Assembly (NCBI GenBank): GCA_963783385.1
Contig: CAWANJ010000001.1
Location: 384,001-448,000 of the forward strand
From: an uncultured Gemmatimonadales bacterium
Lineage (GTDB): Bacteria; Gemmatimonadota; Gemmatimonadetes; Palauibacterales; Palauibacteraceae
Length of the DNA: 64,000 nucleotides
Direction: 5' to 3'
The notes under the pieces are model-generated. The model saw nothing but the letters and a program-made list of their open reading frames with translations. It did not search any database and was not told the origin of the DNA. Below, in pieces: positions 28,737 through 38,352 of the stretch. The position numbers and the translations under genes were made by a program. The number at the start of each line of letters is the position of its first letter. The first letter of the stretch is position 1.

Positions 28737-29089
28737 GCCGCGACGCCCGGGCCTCCCGGTCGGGTCCTTCCCCCTCCCCCGGTGGGGAAGCCCTGGTCAC
28801 GGTGGAGCTCCCCTTTCACCTCCGGAACCTCGCCGGGCTCGAGGGGGGAGTCGTACTCCGCGTCCGGGGCGAGGTGACCCGGGGTGCGCTGCTGGACGCG
28901 CTCGAGGAGGAGTATCCGGTGCTGCGCGGCACCATCAGGGACCACGTCACGCACGAGCGCCGATCGTTCCTTCGCTACTTCGCCTGCGAGCGGGACCTCT
29001 CGTTCGAGCCGTCCGACGCGCCGCTCCCGGAGGCCGTCGCCACGGGGAGTGAGCCCTTCCTGGTCGTGGGCTCCATAGCGGGAGGTTAG
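28733..29089 (+). CDS. MoaD/ThiS ubiquitin-like protein
   Basis: [31 protein letters not shown]-terminal IAGG; GTGA overlap with the upstream stop. Confidence 0.85.
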   Translation: MSRDARASRSGPSPSPGGEALVTVELPFHLRNLAGLEGGVVLRVRGEVTRGALLDALEEEYPVLRGTIRDHVTHERRSFLRYFACERDLSFEPSDAPLPEAVATGSEPFLVVGSIAGG

Positions 29090-29156
29090 AGGCGCCCCCT
29101 CCCGGCGGACGGCAGCCCGCGCCGGCGGCTCGCGAAGCCCGGGCGCCGGCGGATCC

Positions 29157-30476
29157 TCACCCGGCCACCACCACGCCGCGCGAGGGACCCACCCGGATGA
29201 TCTGTCTGCGGGCCTGGCCCACCGACACCCACTGGATCGGAGCGCCTGCCAGCTGCTCGAGCCGCTCCAGGTAGCCGCGGGCCAGCTCGGGAAGGTCGTC
29301 CCAGCGCCGCGCGCCCGTGGTGTCCTCCTCCCAGCCGGGGAGCCGCTCGTACACGGGCCGCACGCGCTCGAGCTCGGCCGCCGAGTCGGGGAAGCGAGCC
29401 AGCGGCTCCTCCTCGAGGGTGTAGCCCACCGCCACCTGGAGCTCCCGGAAGCTGTCGAGCACGTCGAGCTTGGTCACCGCGAGCCCGGTGAGGCCGTTCA
29501 CCCCCGCCGCGAAGTTGACGGCCACGCCGTCGAACCAGCCGGGACGACGGGGCCGGCCGGTCGTGGCGCCAAACTCATCGCCCAGGGAGCGCAGGCGCTC
29601 GGCCTCCTCCCCCGGGAGCTCCGTGGGGAACGGCCCGTTCCCGACCCGGGTCGTGTAGGCCTTCACCACGCCGATCACCTCGTCGATCATGGTGGGCCCG
29701 ATCCCCACGCCGGCCGCGGCGCCCCCCGCCGTCGTCGTCGACGAGGTCACGAACGGATAGGTCCCGTGGTCGATGTCCAGGAGGGAGCCCTGGGCGCCCT
29801 CGAGCAACACCCGTCCACCCTCGCCCAGGCCGTCCCGGATCTCGTGTCCCACGTCGGTAGCCAGCTCGAGGATGCTGGGACGGACCTGCTCCAGCGCCTC
29901 GAGGACCTCGTCGGAGTCCGTCCGATCCCCCAGCTCCAGGCGTTCCATGGTGTCGTTGGCGGCCGCACACGCGGCCCGCACCACCTCGGCCGCCCGGCCA
30001 GGATCGCGCAGGTCGCCCACCCGGAGCCCCGTCCGGTTCACCTTGTCCCGGTACGCCGGGCCGATGCCCCGCCCCGTGGTGCCGATGCGGTCCACGCCGC
30101 GGCTCGCCTCCAGCGCCCGGTCGAGCATCCGGTGATAGGGGAGCACCAGGTGGGCCCGGCTGCTGAGGCCGAGCCTTCGCTCGAGGTCGATGCCCCGGGC
30201 CCGCAGCCCGGCCATCTCCTCGAGCAGCGTCCAGGGGTCCACCACGGTTCCGTTCCCCATGAGGCAGCGGACGCCCGGATACAGGATCCCCGACGGAATG
30301 AGGTGGAGGACGAACTCCTCGCCCTCCACGCGCACGGTGTGGCCCGCGTTGGCCCCACCCTGGTAGCGGGCCACGATCGTGGCCCGCTCGGCGAGCACGT
30401 CGACGATCTTCCCCTTGCCCTCGTCACCCCACTGCACGCCCACCACGGCGACGCACCCCGCCCCCTCTTCGAACAT
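29157..30476 (-). CDS. purA: Adenylosuccinate synthetase
   Basis: GVQWGDEGKGKIVD, QGGANAGHT, GTTGRGIGPAY, GTYPFVTSS, GATTGRPRR, TKLDVL. Confidence 0.98.
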   Translation of the reverse strand: MFEEGAGCVAVVGVQWGDEGKGKIVDVLAERATIVARYQGGANAGHTVRVEGEEFVLHLIPSGILYPGVRCLMGNGTVVDPWTLLEEMAGLRARGIDLERRLGLSSRAHLVLPYHRMLDRALEASRGVDRIGTTGRGIGPAYRDKVNRTGLRVGDLRDPGRAAEVVRAACAAANDTMERLELGDRTDSDEVLEALEQVRPSILELATDVGHEIRDGLGEGGRVLLEGAQGSLLDIDHGTYPFVTSSTTTAGGAAAGVGIGPTMIDEVIGVVKAYTTRVGNGPFPTELPGEEAERLRSLGDEFGATTGRPRRPGWFDGVAVNFAAGVNGLTGLAVTKLDVLDSFRELQVAVGYTLEEEPLARFPDSAAELERVRPVYERLPGWEEDTTGARRWDDLPELARGYLERLEQLAGAPIQWVSVGQARRQIIRVGPSRGVVVAG

Positions 30477-30487
30477 CTCCGACACCT

Positions 30488-31387
30488 CTACGCGTGGGCG
30501 GGCTGGAGCCCGGCGGCGGTCAGCGCGCCGTGCACGGCCTGCTGGCTGGCCTCGTCCGCCGGGAGGAGGGGCGGGCGCGGCGGGCCGCCGTGGAGGCCCA
30601 GCAGGTCGAGGCCGAACTTGACGCCCGGCACGCCCTGCCGGGCGACCACGGATCGATGCAGGGGCCCGACCCGCTCCTGGAGCGCCCCGGCCCGGCCCGT
30701 GTCGCCCTCCCGCCACGCCGACACGATCTCCGCGCAGGCGGCCGTCGCCAGGAGTCCCACGGCGACCACGCCTCCCGCGGCGCCGACCTCGAGGCCCCCG
30801 TACAGCAGGGTCCCGGCCCCGACCATGACGGCCGCCCGCCCGGAGCACACGTCCACCAGGGCGCCCAGGTTGTGCACGTCACCGGAGGAGTCCTTGATGC
30901 CGACGATGTTCTCGTGCTCTATCAACCGCCCGACCACGTCGGGACCCAGAGGCACCGGCACGTACTTGGGGATGTGATAGAGGATGACCGGGATGGGCGA
31001 AGCGTCCGCCAGGGTCCGGTAGTGGACGGACACCGCCTCCTCGGTCATCGCTCCGGCGTAGTAGGAGGGCGGGCGGACCAGCACGGCCCCCGCCCCCGCC
31101 GCGGCGGCCAGGCGCGTGAGCCGGACCGTGCCCCGCGTGGACTCGCATCCGGTGCCCGTCACCACCTCCACCCCATCGGGCGCGACCTCCCGGGCCCACT
31201 CGGTCAACCTCAGGATCTCGATCTCGTCCAGCAGCGGCGCCTCGCCGGTGGAACCGGCCACGACCAGGCCGTCGACCGGCTCCGAGGTCCAGGTGCGCAG
31301 GTTGGCCTCGAACGCCTCCCGGTCCAGCTCGCCCGTCCCGGAAGCGAACGGGGTGGTGACCGGCAGGTACAGCCCCTGGAGCTTCAG
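30488..31387 (-). CDS. Dihydrodipicolinate synthase family aldolase (DapA/HOGA-like); probable CTG start
   Basis: TTPF, AGSTGEA, ILYHIP, GIKDSSG (Schiff-base lysine), GGPPRPPL. Confidence 0.88.
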   Translation of the reverse strand: MKLQGLYLPVTTPFASGTGELDREAFEANLRTWTSEPVDGLVVAGSTGEAPLLDEIEILRLTEWAREVAPDGVEVVTGTGCESTRGTVRLTRLAAAAGAGAVLVRPPSYYAGAMTEEAVSVHYRTLADASPIPVILYHIPKYVPVPLGPDVVGRLIEHENIVGIKDSSGDVHNLGALVDVCSGRAAVMVGAGTLLYGGLEVGAAGGVVAVGLLATAACAEIVSAWREGDTGRAGALQERVGPLHRSVVARQGVPGVKFGLDLLGLHGGPPRPPLLPADEASQQAVHGALTAAGLQPAHA

Positions 31388-32511
31388 AAGAGCGGCCCCT
31401 CCCCGGGAGCCGTGCCGATCCCCTCCTCCTCGGAGGAGAGGGTCTGCATGACGAGCTCGAAGTCGCTCGGGCTCGTGGCCGCCGCCTTGGCAACGTCGTA
31501 GTCCATGATGTCCGCGCGAACGAGTTTCATGAGGTGCTGGTCGAAGGTCTGCATGCCGTACTGGTCGCCCTGCTGCATGAGTCGCCCGATCTCGCTCTGG
31601 CTCTCCCTGCGCAGGATCGCCTCCTGCACCGCGCCCGTGAGGCGAAGGACCTCGACAATCGGGACGCGCCCCTGTCCATCCTTCCGGAGGAGAAGCCGCT
31701 GGGAGACGATGGCCCGCAGCGACTCGGACACGCGCTGCCGAACGAGCTCCTCGTTGTCCCCGGGGAACATGGCCATGAAGTGGCCCAGGGTGGCGATGGC
31801 CGTCGGGGCGTGGAAGGTCGAGATCACCAGCTGGCCCGTCTCGGCCGCCTCCATGGCGATCTCGATGGTCTCGGCATCGCGCATCTCGCCGATGAGGATC
31901 GCGTCGGGGTCCTGGCGGAGCGCGTGACGCAGTCCGACCCGGAAGGAGGCCGTGTCGGCACCCACCTCGCGCTGCGTCACGGTCGAGAGCTCGTTGCGGT
32001 GGCGATACTCGATCGGGTCTTCGAGGGTGACGATGTGCTTGCGCCGGTTCCGGTTGATCCACCCGAGCATGGCCGCCTGCGTGGTGCTCTTCCCCGAGCC
32101 CGTGGCTCCCGTGACCAGCACGAGGCCGTTGTCGAGGTCGGCGATGTCCTTGAGCGCCTGCGGCAGGCCCAGGTCGTCGATCGTGGGGACCTCCCACGGG
32201 ATCACCCGCATGACCACCATGATCGATCCCTGCTGGCGCAGGATGTTCACGCGGAAGCGGGCGCTGGGCGACAGCTCCCAGGCGAAATCGTAGTCCGTGA
32301 TCTGGTCGATCCGCTCGCGGTGTTCCTCGGGCAGGATCTGCAGGGCGATCCGCCGCGTGTCCTCGGGCGTGAACGGGGTCTCCGACAGCCGCACCATCCG
32401 GCCGTGGACCCGCGCCCGGAACACGTCGCCCGCCTTGATCAGAAGGGACTGGGCGCCGCTCTCGACGGCCGCCCTCAGCAGGGGCTCCGCCCCCATCGCG
32501 TCCTTGGCCAT
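31384..32511 (-). CDS. PilT/PilU family ATPase
   Basis: RFRVN, GLVLVTGATGSGKSTT, TLEDPIEY, QREVG, LRQDPDAILIGEMRD, GMQTFDQHL. Confidence 0.93.
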   Translation of the reverse strand: MAKDAMGAEPLLRAAVESGAQSLLIKAGDVFRARVHGRMVRLSETPFTPEDTRRIALQILPEEHRERIDQITDYDFAWELSPSARFRVNILRQQGSIMVVMRVIPWEVPTIDDLGLPQALKDIADLDNGLVLVTGATGSGKSTTQAAMLGWINRNRRKHIVTLEDPIEYRHRNELSTVTQREVGADTASFRVGLRHALRQDPDAILIGEMRDAETIEIAMEAAETGQLVISTFHAPTAIATLGHFMAMFPGDNEELVRQRVSESLRAIVSQRLLLRKDGQGRVPIVEVLRLTGAVQEAILRRESQSEIGRLMQQGDQYGMQTFDQHLMKLVRADIMDYDVAKAAATSPSDFELVMQTLSSEEEGIGTAPGEGPLF

Positions 32512-32513
32512 GG

Positions 32514-33545
32514 TCAATACCCGCGCTGTTTGTCCACCACGTTGACGAGCGCCCGTCCGTCCAGGTAGCGCCGCAGGTTGTCCAGCAGGAGCGCCGTCTC
32601 CCTCTCCCAGTACCGGGGCGAGACGGCGCCGGCGTGCGGCGTGATGACGACGTTCTCCAGGTCCCAGAGGGGGCTGTCGGAGGGGAGCGGCTCCTGCTCG
32701 AACACGTCCAGCCCCGCGCCGCGAAGGCGTCCCGACGCGAGCGCCCGTGCGAGCGCCGTCTCCTCCACGATGCCCCCTCGGGACAGGTTGATCAAGACCG
32801 CATCGGGACGCAGGCGGCCCAGCAGCGACTCGCCCAGGAGTCCCCGCGTCTCGTCGGTCTCGGGCAGGGTGAGCACCACGTAGTGCGACTGGCCCAACAG
32901 TTCGGGCAGTCCGCGCGTGTCCCACATGCGCTCCACCTCCGGCGGCGCCGCGGTCGAGGTGCGGCGCACGGCCACCACCCGCATCCCGAGCGCCGCGCCC
33001 CGGCGCCCGACCGCGCTCCCGGTGCCTCCGTACCCCACCACGCCCAGCGTGCGCCCGGCCAGCTCCACGAGCGGGCTGTGGCTCCCGGCCAGGTCTGCGT
33101 GGCGCCACTCGCGACGCGCCTTCCCGGCGGCCGCGACGTCCAGTCCGCGGGAGAAGTGCAGCATGAGGGCCAGGGCGTGCTCGGCGAGCGGCTCGGCGTG
33201 CAGGCCGGCCGAGTTGGTGAGCACGACGTCGCTCTCGACCAGCTCCTGGAACAGGCTGGCGCCCACTCCCGAGGCACCCGAGTGGACCCAGCGTAGCTCC
33301 GGGGCCTCCTGGAAGGCACGCCGCGGGATTCCGAATCCGGCGTAGACCTCCGCGTCCCGGATCTCCTCGAGGAGGCGCTCGGGGACCCGCCGGGCACCGT
33401 CGCCCGCGAAATAGCCCGGCTCCTCCAGGAAGGTGGCCGTCCAGTCCCCGGGGAGGGACCGGCGCAGCCTGGCCCGGTCCGCCTCCGGCATGGACCACAG
33501 CGGGTACTCGGGCGCGTGCATCCACACCAGCAGCTTGCGGCTCAC
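32514..33545 (-). CDS. D-2-hydroxyacid dehydrogenase family protein
   Basis: GVVGYGGTG, LINLSRG, LDVFEQEPLP, ITPH. Confidence 0.92.
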   Translation of the reverse strand: MSRKLLVWMHAPEYPLWSMPEADRARLRRSLPGDWTATFLEEPGYFAGDGARRVPERLLEEIRDAEVYAGFGIPRRAFQEAPELRWVHSGASGVGASLFQELVESDVVLTNSAGLHAEPLAEHALALMLHFSRGLDVAAAGKARREWRHADLAGSHSPLVELAGRTLGVVGYGGTGSAVGRRGAALGMRVVAVRRTSTAAPPEVERMWDTRGLPELLGQSHYVVLTLPETDETRGLLGESLLGRLRPDAVLINLSRGGIVEETALARALASGRLRGAGLDVFEQEPLPSDSPLWDLENVVITPHAGAVSPRYWERETALLLDNLRRYLDGRALVNVVDKQRGY

Positions 33546-33554
33546 GTCCTCCCC

Positions 33555-34229
33555 CTACTCGTAGCGGGCGCTGCGCACGCCCGGGGTGTCCGCCAGCCGG
33601 CGGAGGAGAACGTCCCGCTGGCGGGTCGAACCGTGCAGCAGGTAGTAGAACACCGAGGCGTCGTCCCGGTGCTCGTGCCCCGAGAGCTCGTGGACCATGG
33701 ACGTGTCGCCGAGCGCCGCCCGGAGCCCGTCCCGGCCGGCGTCCCCCGCCACCACCACCCGCAGCACGTGCTCTCCCTTGTCCGGCAGCACCGAGCGCTC
33801 GAAGCGCCCCAGGAAGACCAGGGTGATCACCACGAGCACGGTCGCGCCCAGGGACTGCCAGTAGAGGTGGAGCCCGACGCCCATCCCGATCGCCGCCACG
33901 ACCCACAGGGTGGCCGCCGTCGTGAGGCCGAGCACGTTGCCCCCGGCCACCAGGATCGTGCCGCCCCCGATGAACCCGATCCCCTCGACGATGTGGGAGG
34001 CGATGCGGCCCGGGTCTCCCCGCATGAGGTCGTTCGCCAGGAAGCCCGTGGCCACGAGGACGGAGAGCTCGGTGAACAGCTCGGCCCCCACACAGATGAG
34101 GATGTTCGTGCGAAGCCCGGCCGGCTTGCCCGACATCTCCCGCTCCAGCCCGATGGCGGCGCCCAGGGCCGTGGCCAGCAGGAGGCGGCCCAGCATGGGC
34201 AGGTCGAGCGTGTGGGCGAGACCTTCCAC
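33555..34229 (-). CDS. MgtC/SapB family membrane protein
   Basis: IGLERE...AGLRTN, DPGRIASHIVEGIGFIGGG, GLTTAATLW. Confidence 0.92.
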   Translation of the reverse strand: MEGLAHTLDLPMLGRLLLATALGAAIGLEREMSGKPAGLRTNILICVGAELFTELSVLVATGFLANDLMRGDPGRIASHIVEGIGFIGGGTILVAGGNVLGLTTAATLWVVAAIGMGVGLHLYWQSLGATVLVVITLVFLGRFERSVLPDKGEHVLRVVVAGDAGRDGLRAALGDTSMVHELSGHEHRDDASVFYYLLHGSTRQRDVLLRRLADTPGVRSARYE

Positions 34230-34238
34230 GGCGGCTCC

Positions 34239-35252
34239 TCAGCTCGCCCGCGGCGCCGACACGTGGCGCCGGGCCAGCCCCATGCGCTCGTACACCTCCT
34301 CCAGCGTGGCGCGGGCCAGCTGTCGGCAGCGCGCCGCGCCCGCGTCCAGGATCCCGTACACGCGATCCGGATCCTCGCGCAGCGCCCGCGCCCGCTCCCG
34401 AATCGGCGCCAGATCCTCCGCCATGTGGGAGGCCAGCTTCCGCTTGCAGTCCACGCAGCCGATGGTGGCCGTCTGGCAGCGCGCCTCCACCTCCTCGCGC
34501 ACGGCGGCCGGGCTGAAGTGCCCGTGCAGGGCGAAGATGTTGCAGACGTGGGGGTTCCCCGGATCGTTCCGGCGGACGCGGTCCGGGTCGGTGACCGCCG
34601 TCGCCAGCCGCTTCCCGATCTCATCCGGCTCGGCGAGGAGCGGGATCGTGTTGCCCGCCGACTTGGACATCTTCGACGCGCCATCCAGCCCCAGGATCCG
34701 CGTCGCGCGGCCCACCAGCGGCTGCGGCTCCGGGAACAGGTCCCCGAAGCGCCCGTTCCAGCGGCGGGCGATCTCCCGCGACAGCTCCAGGTGCTGGAAC
34801 TGGTCCTCGCCCACCGGGACCAGGCCGGCGCGGTAGAGGAGGATGTCGGCCGCCTGCAGCACCGGATAGTCCAGGAGGCCGGCGCTCACCGACTCCTGGC
34901 CGCGGGACTTGTCCTTGAACTGCGTCATGCGCTGCAGCTCGCCCAGCGGCGTCACCGTGTTGAAGATCCAGGTCAGCTCGGCGTGCTCGGGGACGTCCGA
35001 CTGGACGAACAGGGTGCAGCGCTCCGGGTCCAGGCCGGCCGCCAGCAGGCAGACGGCCAGGTCGAAGACGCGCTCCTGCATCTCGGAGGGCTCGTACTCC
35101 GTGATGATCGCGTGCAGGTCGACGATGCAGTACAGGCAGTCGTAGTCCTCGACCAGCTCCACCCAGTTGCGGATCGCGCCCAGGTAGTTCCCCAGGTGCG
35201 CCTCGCCCGTGGGCTGGATGCCGCTGAACACGCGCTGTCTACGATCGCTCAT
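34239..35252 (-). CDS. trpS: Tryptophan--tRNA ligase
   Basis: SGIQPTG, HLGNYLGA, YPVLQAADIL, VPVGEDQ, KMSKS. Confidence 0.98.
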   Translation of the reverse strand: MSDRRQRVFSGIQPTGEAHLGNYLGAIRNWVELVEDYDCLYCIVDLHAIITEYEPSEMQERVFDLAVCLLAAGLDPERCTLFVQSDVPEHAELTWIFNTVTPLGELQRMTQFKDKSRGQESVSAGLLDYPVLQAADILLYRAGLVPVGEDQFQHLELSREIARRWNGRFGDLFPEPQPLVGRATRILGLDGASKMSKSAGNTIPLLAEPDEIGKRLATAVTDPDRVRRNDPGNPHVCNIFALHGHFSPAAVREEVEARCQTATIGCVDCKRKLASHMAEDLAPIRERARALREDPDRVYGILDAGAARCRQLARATLEEVYERMGLARRHVSAPRAS

Positions 35253-35460
35253 CCAGGGAGCCTGTCCGGTTGTCGTCGGCTGCGTCGGGAGGGCGGCCAG
35301 GTGGCGGGTCTCCGCACGAAAAAGCGCGGTCCCGCGCGCCCGGGTCACCGGGGCGGGGCCCGCGCCTCGCCGCCTCTCGGGCCGGTCCCGCTGGAGCCCG
35401 TCCGGCCGCCCGGCTAAGTTACCCGCGGCGAGCGAGGCGAGCAAGCGAAAAGAGGCCATA

Positions 35461-36324
35461 GTGAAGGACTTTCCGGACATCGAGGGCGAGGACCGTCGGC
35501 TCCTGGAGGCGGCGCTGGAGGCGGGGCGCGCGGCCGCCGAGGTCCATGGCTCGGGGGCCGCGCGCCTGGACCCGCCGGCCTGGACCGAGAAGGGGCCGGC
35601 CGACTTCGTCACCGAGGTGGACAGGGAGGCCGAGCGCCGGATCCTGGGCGTGCTCGGCCGCCGCTTCCCCGGCCACGCGTTTCTGGCCGAGGAAGGGACG
35701 GACGTCGGCCCGGCGGGGAGCGAAGCCCTCGCCCCCTTCCGCTGGATCGTGGATCCCCTGGACGGCACCACCAACTGGCTGCACGGCTACCCCGAGCACG
35801 CGGTGTCGATCGCCGGCGCGGACGCGGAGGGGCTCCGCGTCGCCGTGGTGGTGAACTCGGCCACCGGCGAGACCTTCACCGCCGTCCGGGGCCGCGGCGC
35901 CCGGCGAAACGGGGAGCCGATCCGGGTGTCCGACGTGGACCGCCTCCACCTGGCCCTCGTCGGCACCGGCTTCCCCTTCAAGAGGCAGGAGCTCCTCCCG
36001 GGCTACCTGGAGAGCCTCGGCCGAGTCATCGCCGCCACCAGTGGCGTGCGCCGGGGCGGAGCCGCCGCCCTCGACCTGTGCGACCTGGCGTGCGGCCGCC
36101 TGGACGCGTTCTGGGAGACGTGGCTCATGCCGTGGGACGTGGCGGCCGGCGCGCTCATCGTGCGCGAGGCGGGCGGCGCCTTCGGCCCGCTTCCTCCGCC
36201 GCTCGGCCCCGAGCCCGGCGGGCCCCGGCCTCCCGAGACGCCCGGCCTCGGCTCGGGGGGCTACAGGGCCTCCAACGCGGCCCTGGCGGAGACGTGGGAG
36301 GCCCTCCTGTACGGGAGGACGTGA
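35461..36324 (+). CDS. suhB: Inositol monophosphatase family protein
   Basis: DFVTEVD, AEE, WIVDPLDGTTN, PWDVAAG. Confidence 0.9.
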   Translation: MKDFPDIEGEDRRLLEAALEAGRAAAEVHGSGAARLDPPAWTEKGPADFVTEVDREAERRILGVLGRRFPGHAFLAEEGTDVGPAGSEALAPFRWIVDPLDGTTNWLHGYPEHAVSIAGADAEGLRVAVVVNSATGETFTAVRGRGARRNGEPIRVSDVDRLHLALVGTGFPFKRQELLPGYLESLGRVIAATSGVRRGGAAALDLCDLACGRLDAFWETWLMPWDVAAGALIVREAGGAFGPLPPPLGPEPGGPRPPETPGLGSGGYRASNAALAETWEALLYGRT

Positions 36325-36328
36325 GTCG

Positions 36329-36838
36329 ATGGACGCCCGGCGCCTGATCGAGCGACTCGGCCTCCAGCCCCATCCCGAGGAGGGCGGCTACTTCCGGGAA
36401 ACGTACCGGTCGGTGCGGCGCTTCGACCCCGAAGGCGCCTACCCAGGCGACCGGTCGGTGAGCACCGCCATCTACTACCTCCTCACCCCCGACACCTTCT
36501 CGGCCCTCCACCGGCTCCCGGGCGACGAGATCTTCCACTTCTACCTGGGTGATCCCGTGGACATGCTCCTCCTCCACCCCGGTGGGTCCTCCGAGCGGAT
36601 CACCCTCGGCCCGGACCTGGAGACGATGCGGATGCAGCACGTCGTGCCGGGGGGGACGTGGCAGGGCTCGCGCCTGGCGCCGGGCGGAGGCTGGGCCCTC
36701 CTCGGCACCACCATGGCGCCCGGGTTCGAGGCCGAGGACTACGAGGCCGGAACGCTCGACCTGATCGGCGCCTATCCCGGGGAGGCGGACGCGATCCGGG
36801 CCCTGCTGCCTGGAAGCGGCGGGGTCGCCGGCGACTGA
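36329..36838 (+). CDS. Cupin (DUF985) family protein
   Basis: LQPHPEEGGYFRETYRS, STAIYYLL, DEIFHFYLG, MAPGF. Confidence 0.9.
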   Translation: MDARRLIERLGLQPHPEEGGYFRETYRSVRRFDPEGAYPGDRSVSTAIYYLLTPDTFSALHRLPGDEIFHFYLGDPVDMLLLHPGGSSERITLGPDLETMRMQHVVPGGTWQGSRLAPGGGWALLGTTMAPGFEAEDYEAGTLDLIGAYPGEADAIRALLPGSGGVAGD

Positions 36839-36872
36839 CGCGCCCGGCGGGCCGTCCGGGACGACGACCGCC

Positions 36873-37646
36873 TCAGTTCGCCTTCCGGGCCGCCTCGATG
36901 CGGCGCAGCACCGGCTCCAGCACCTTCCAGACGTTCTCCGCGACGATCGTCTCGCCGGCCGCGTTGGGATGCATGCCGTCCGCCTGGTTGAGGGCGGAGT
37001 CGGCGGCCACGCCCTCGAGCAGGAACGGGATGAGGACGGCGCCGTTCCGGCGAGCCAGCGCCGGGAACAGCTCCCGGAAGCTCCGCGTGTAGTCCGGTCC
37101 CAGGTTGGGGGGCGCCCGCATGCCCGCGATCACGATCCTGGCGGCCGGCCGCCGGGCCCGCACCGAGTCGACGATGGCCTGGAGGTTGGCTCGTGTGGCG
37201 CCCAGGTCCTGGCCTCGGAGCATGTCGTTGGCGCCCAGCTCCAGGACGACGGCCGCCACCGGCCGCTCCAGGTAGCCCCCCACCAGCCGCACCCCATCGG
37301 CCGAGGTGGCGCCGCTGACCCCCGCGTTCACGGCCCGGAAGTCGAGCCCGGCCGAGTCGATCTTCGCCTGCACCAGCGCCGGGTAGGCTCGCTCCGGAAG
37401 CAGCCCGAGCCCGGCCGTCAGGGAGTTGCCGAGGAAGAGGACGACGGGGGTGGTGTCCGGGGCCGTCGAGGCGCGCGGGCCGGCGGCGCCCCCCCCGGCC
37501 GCGTCGGCGGCACTTCGGCCCGAGTCGAGCCCCGGAGTCGCCGAGCCCGATTCCCCCGATTCGCACGCCCACGCGAGGGTGCCGGCGAGCGCCACTACGA
37601 TCGTCGTGGTGAGAAGGAGGGCCCGCCGCCGTATCTTGCGCCTCAT
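36873..37646 (-). CDS. tesA: Arylesterase/acyl-CoA thioesterase I (SGNH hydrolase)
   Basis: FLGNSLTAG, NAGVSG, ELGAND, PFLLEGVA, QADGMHPN. Confidence 0.88.
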   Translation of the reverse strand: MRRKIRRRALLLTTTIVVALAGTLAWACESGESGSATPGLDSGRSAADAAGGGAAGPRASTAPDTTPVVLFLGNSLTAGLGLLPERAYPALVQAKIDSAGLDFRAVNAGVSGATSADGVRLVGGYLERPVAAVVLELGANDMLRGQDLGATRANLQAIVDSVRARRPAARIVIAGMRAPPNLGPDYTRSFRELFPALARRNGAVLIPFLLEGVAADSALNQADGMHPNAAGETIVAENVWKVLEPVLRRIEAARKAN

Positions 37647-38337
37647 GATGATCCTCGCCGAGGGACTGGTGCGTGAATACACCGCCGGGGGCCGCACGCT
37701 CACGGTGCTGTCCGGGGTCGACCTGGCTGTCGACGCGGGCGAGATCGTGGCCATCGTGGGGCCCTCCGGCAGCGGCAAGACGACCCTTCTCGGGCTCCTG
37801 GCCGGACTGGATCGACCCACGCGGGGCACCGTGCGATTGGACGGGGAGCTCCTGGACGACCTGGACCAGGAAGGACTCGCCCGCCTCCGGGCCGAGAAGG
37901 TAGGCTTCGTGTTCCAGACTTTCCAGCTCCTGCCCACGCTCACCGCACTGGAGAACGTGCTGGTCCCGATCGAGATCGCGACCGATCGGGCCGGGCATCG
38001 GGAGGACCGGAACGCCGCGGAACGGCGGGCTCGGGAGCTCCTCGGGCGGGTGGGACTCGCGGAGCGGGCCGACCACTACCCGTCCCAGCTCTCGGGGGGA
38101 GAGCAGCAGCGCGTGGGCCTGGCGCGCGCCTTCGCCAACCGCCCCGCCATCCTGCTGGCCGACGAGCCCACCGGGAACCTGGACGCCGACACGGGCGCCG
38201 AGGTGATCGACCTCCTCGTGGAGCTGAACCGCGAGGCCGACACGGCCATGGTGCTGGTCACGCACGACACGGAGCTGGCCGCCCGCGCCAGCCGCGTGGT
38301 GCGGCTGCGAGACGGCCGGCTCGCCGGCGCCCCGTGA
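37645..38337 (+). CDS. ABC transporter ATP-binding protein (YbbA-like)
   Basis: GPSGSGKT, LSGGEQQR, LLADEPTGNLD, VTHD. Confidence 0.93.
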   Translation: MMILAEGLVREYTAGGRTLTVLSGVDLAVDAGEIVAIVGPSGSGKTTLLGLLAGLDRPTRGTVRLDGELLDDLDQEGLARLRAEKVGFVFQTFQLLPTLTALENVLVPIEIATDRAGHREDRNAAERRARELLGRVGLAERADHYPSQLSGGEQQRVGLARAFANRPAILLADEPTGNLDADTGAEVIDLLVELNREADTAMVLVTHDTELAARASRVVRLRDGRLAGAP

Positions 38338-38352
38338 GATGAGCCCGCGCCC

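Noticed and set aside
37415-37440. GNSL instead of GDSL in the esterase
   Set aside because: The catalytic Ser and the other SGNH blocks are intact; this is a tolerated variant.
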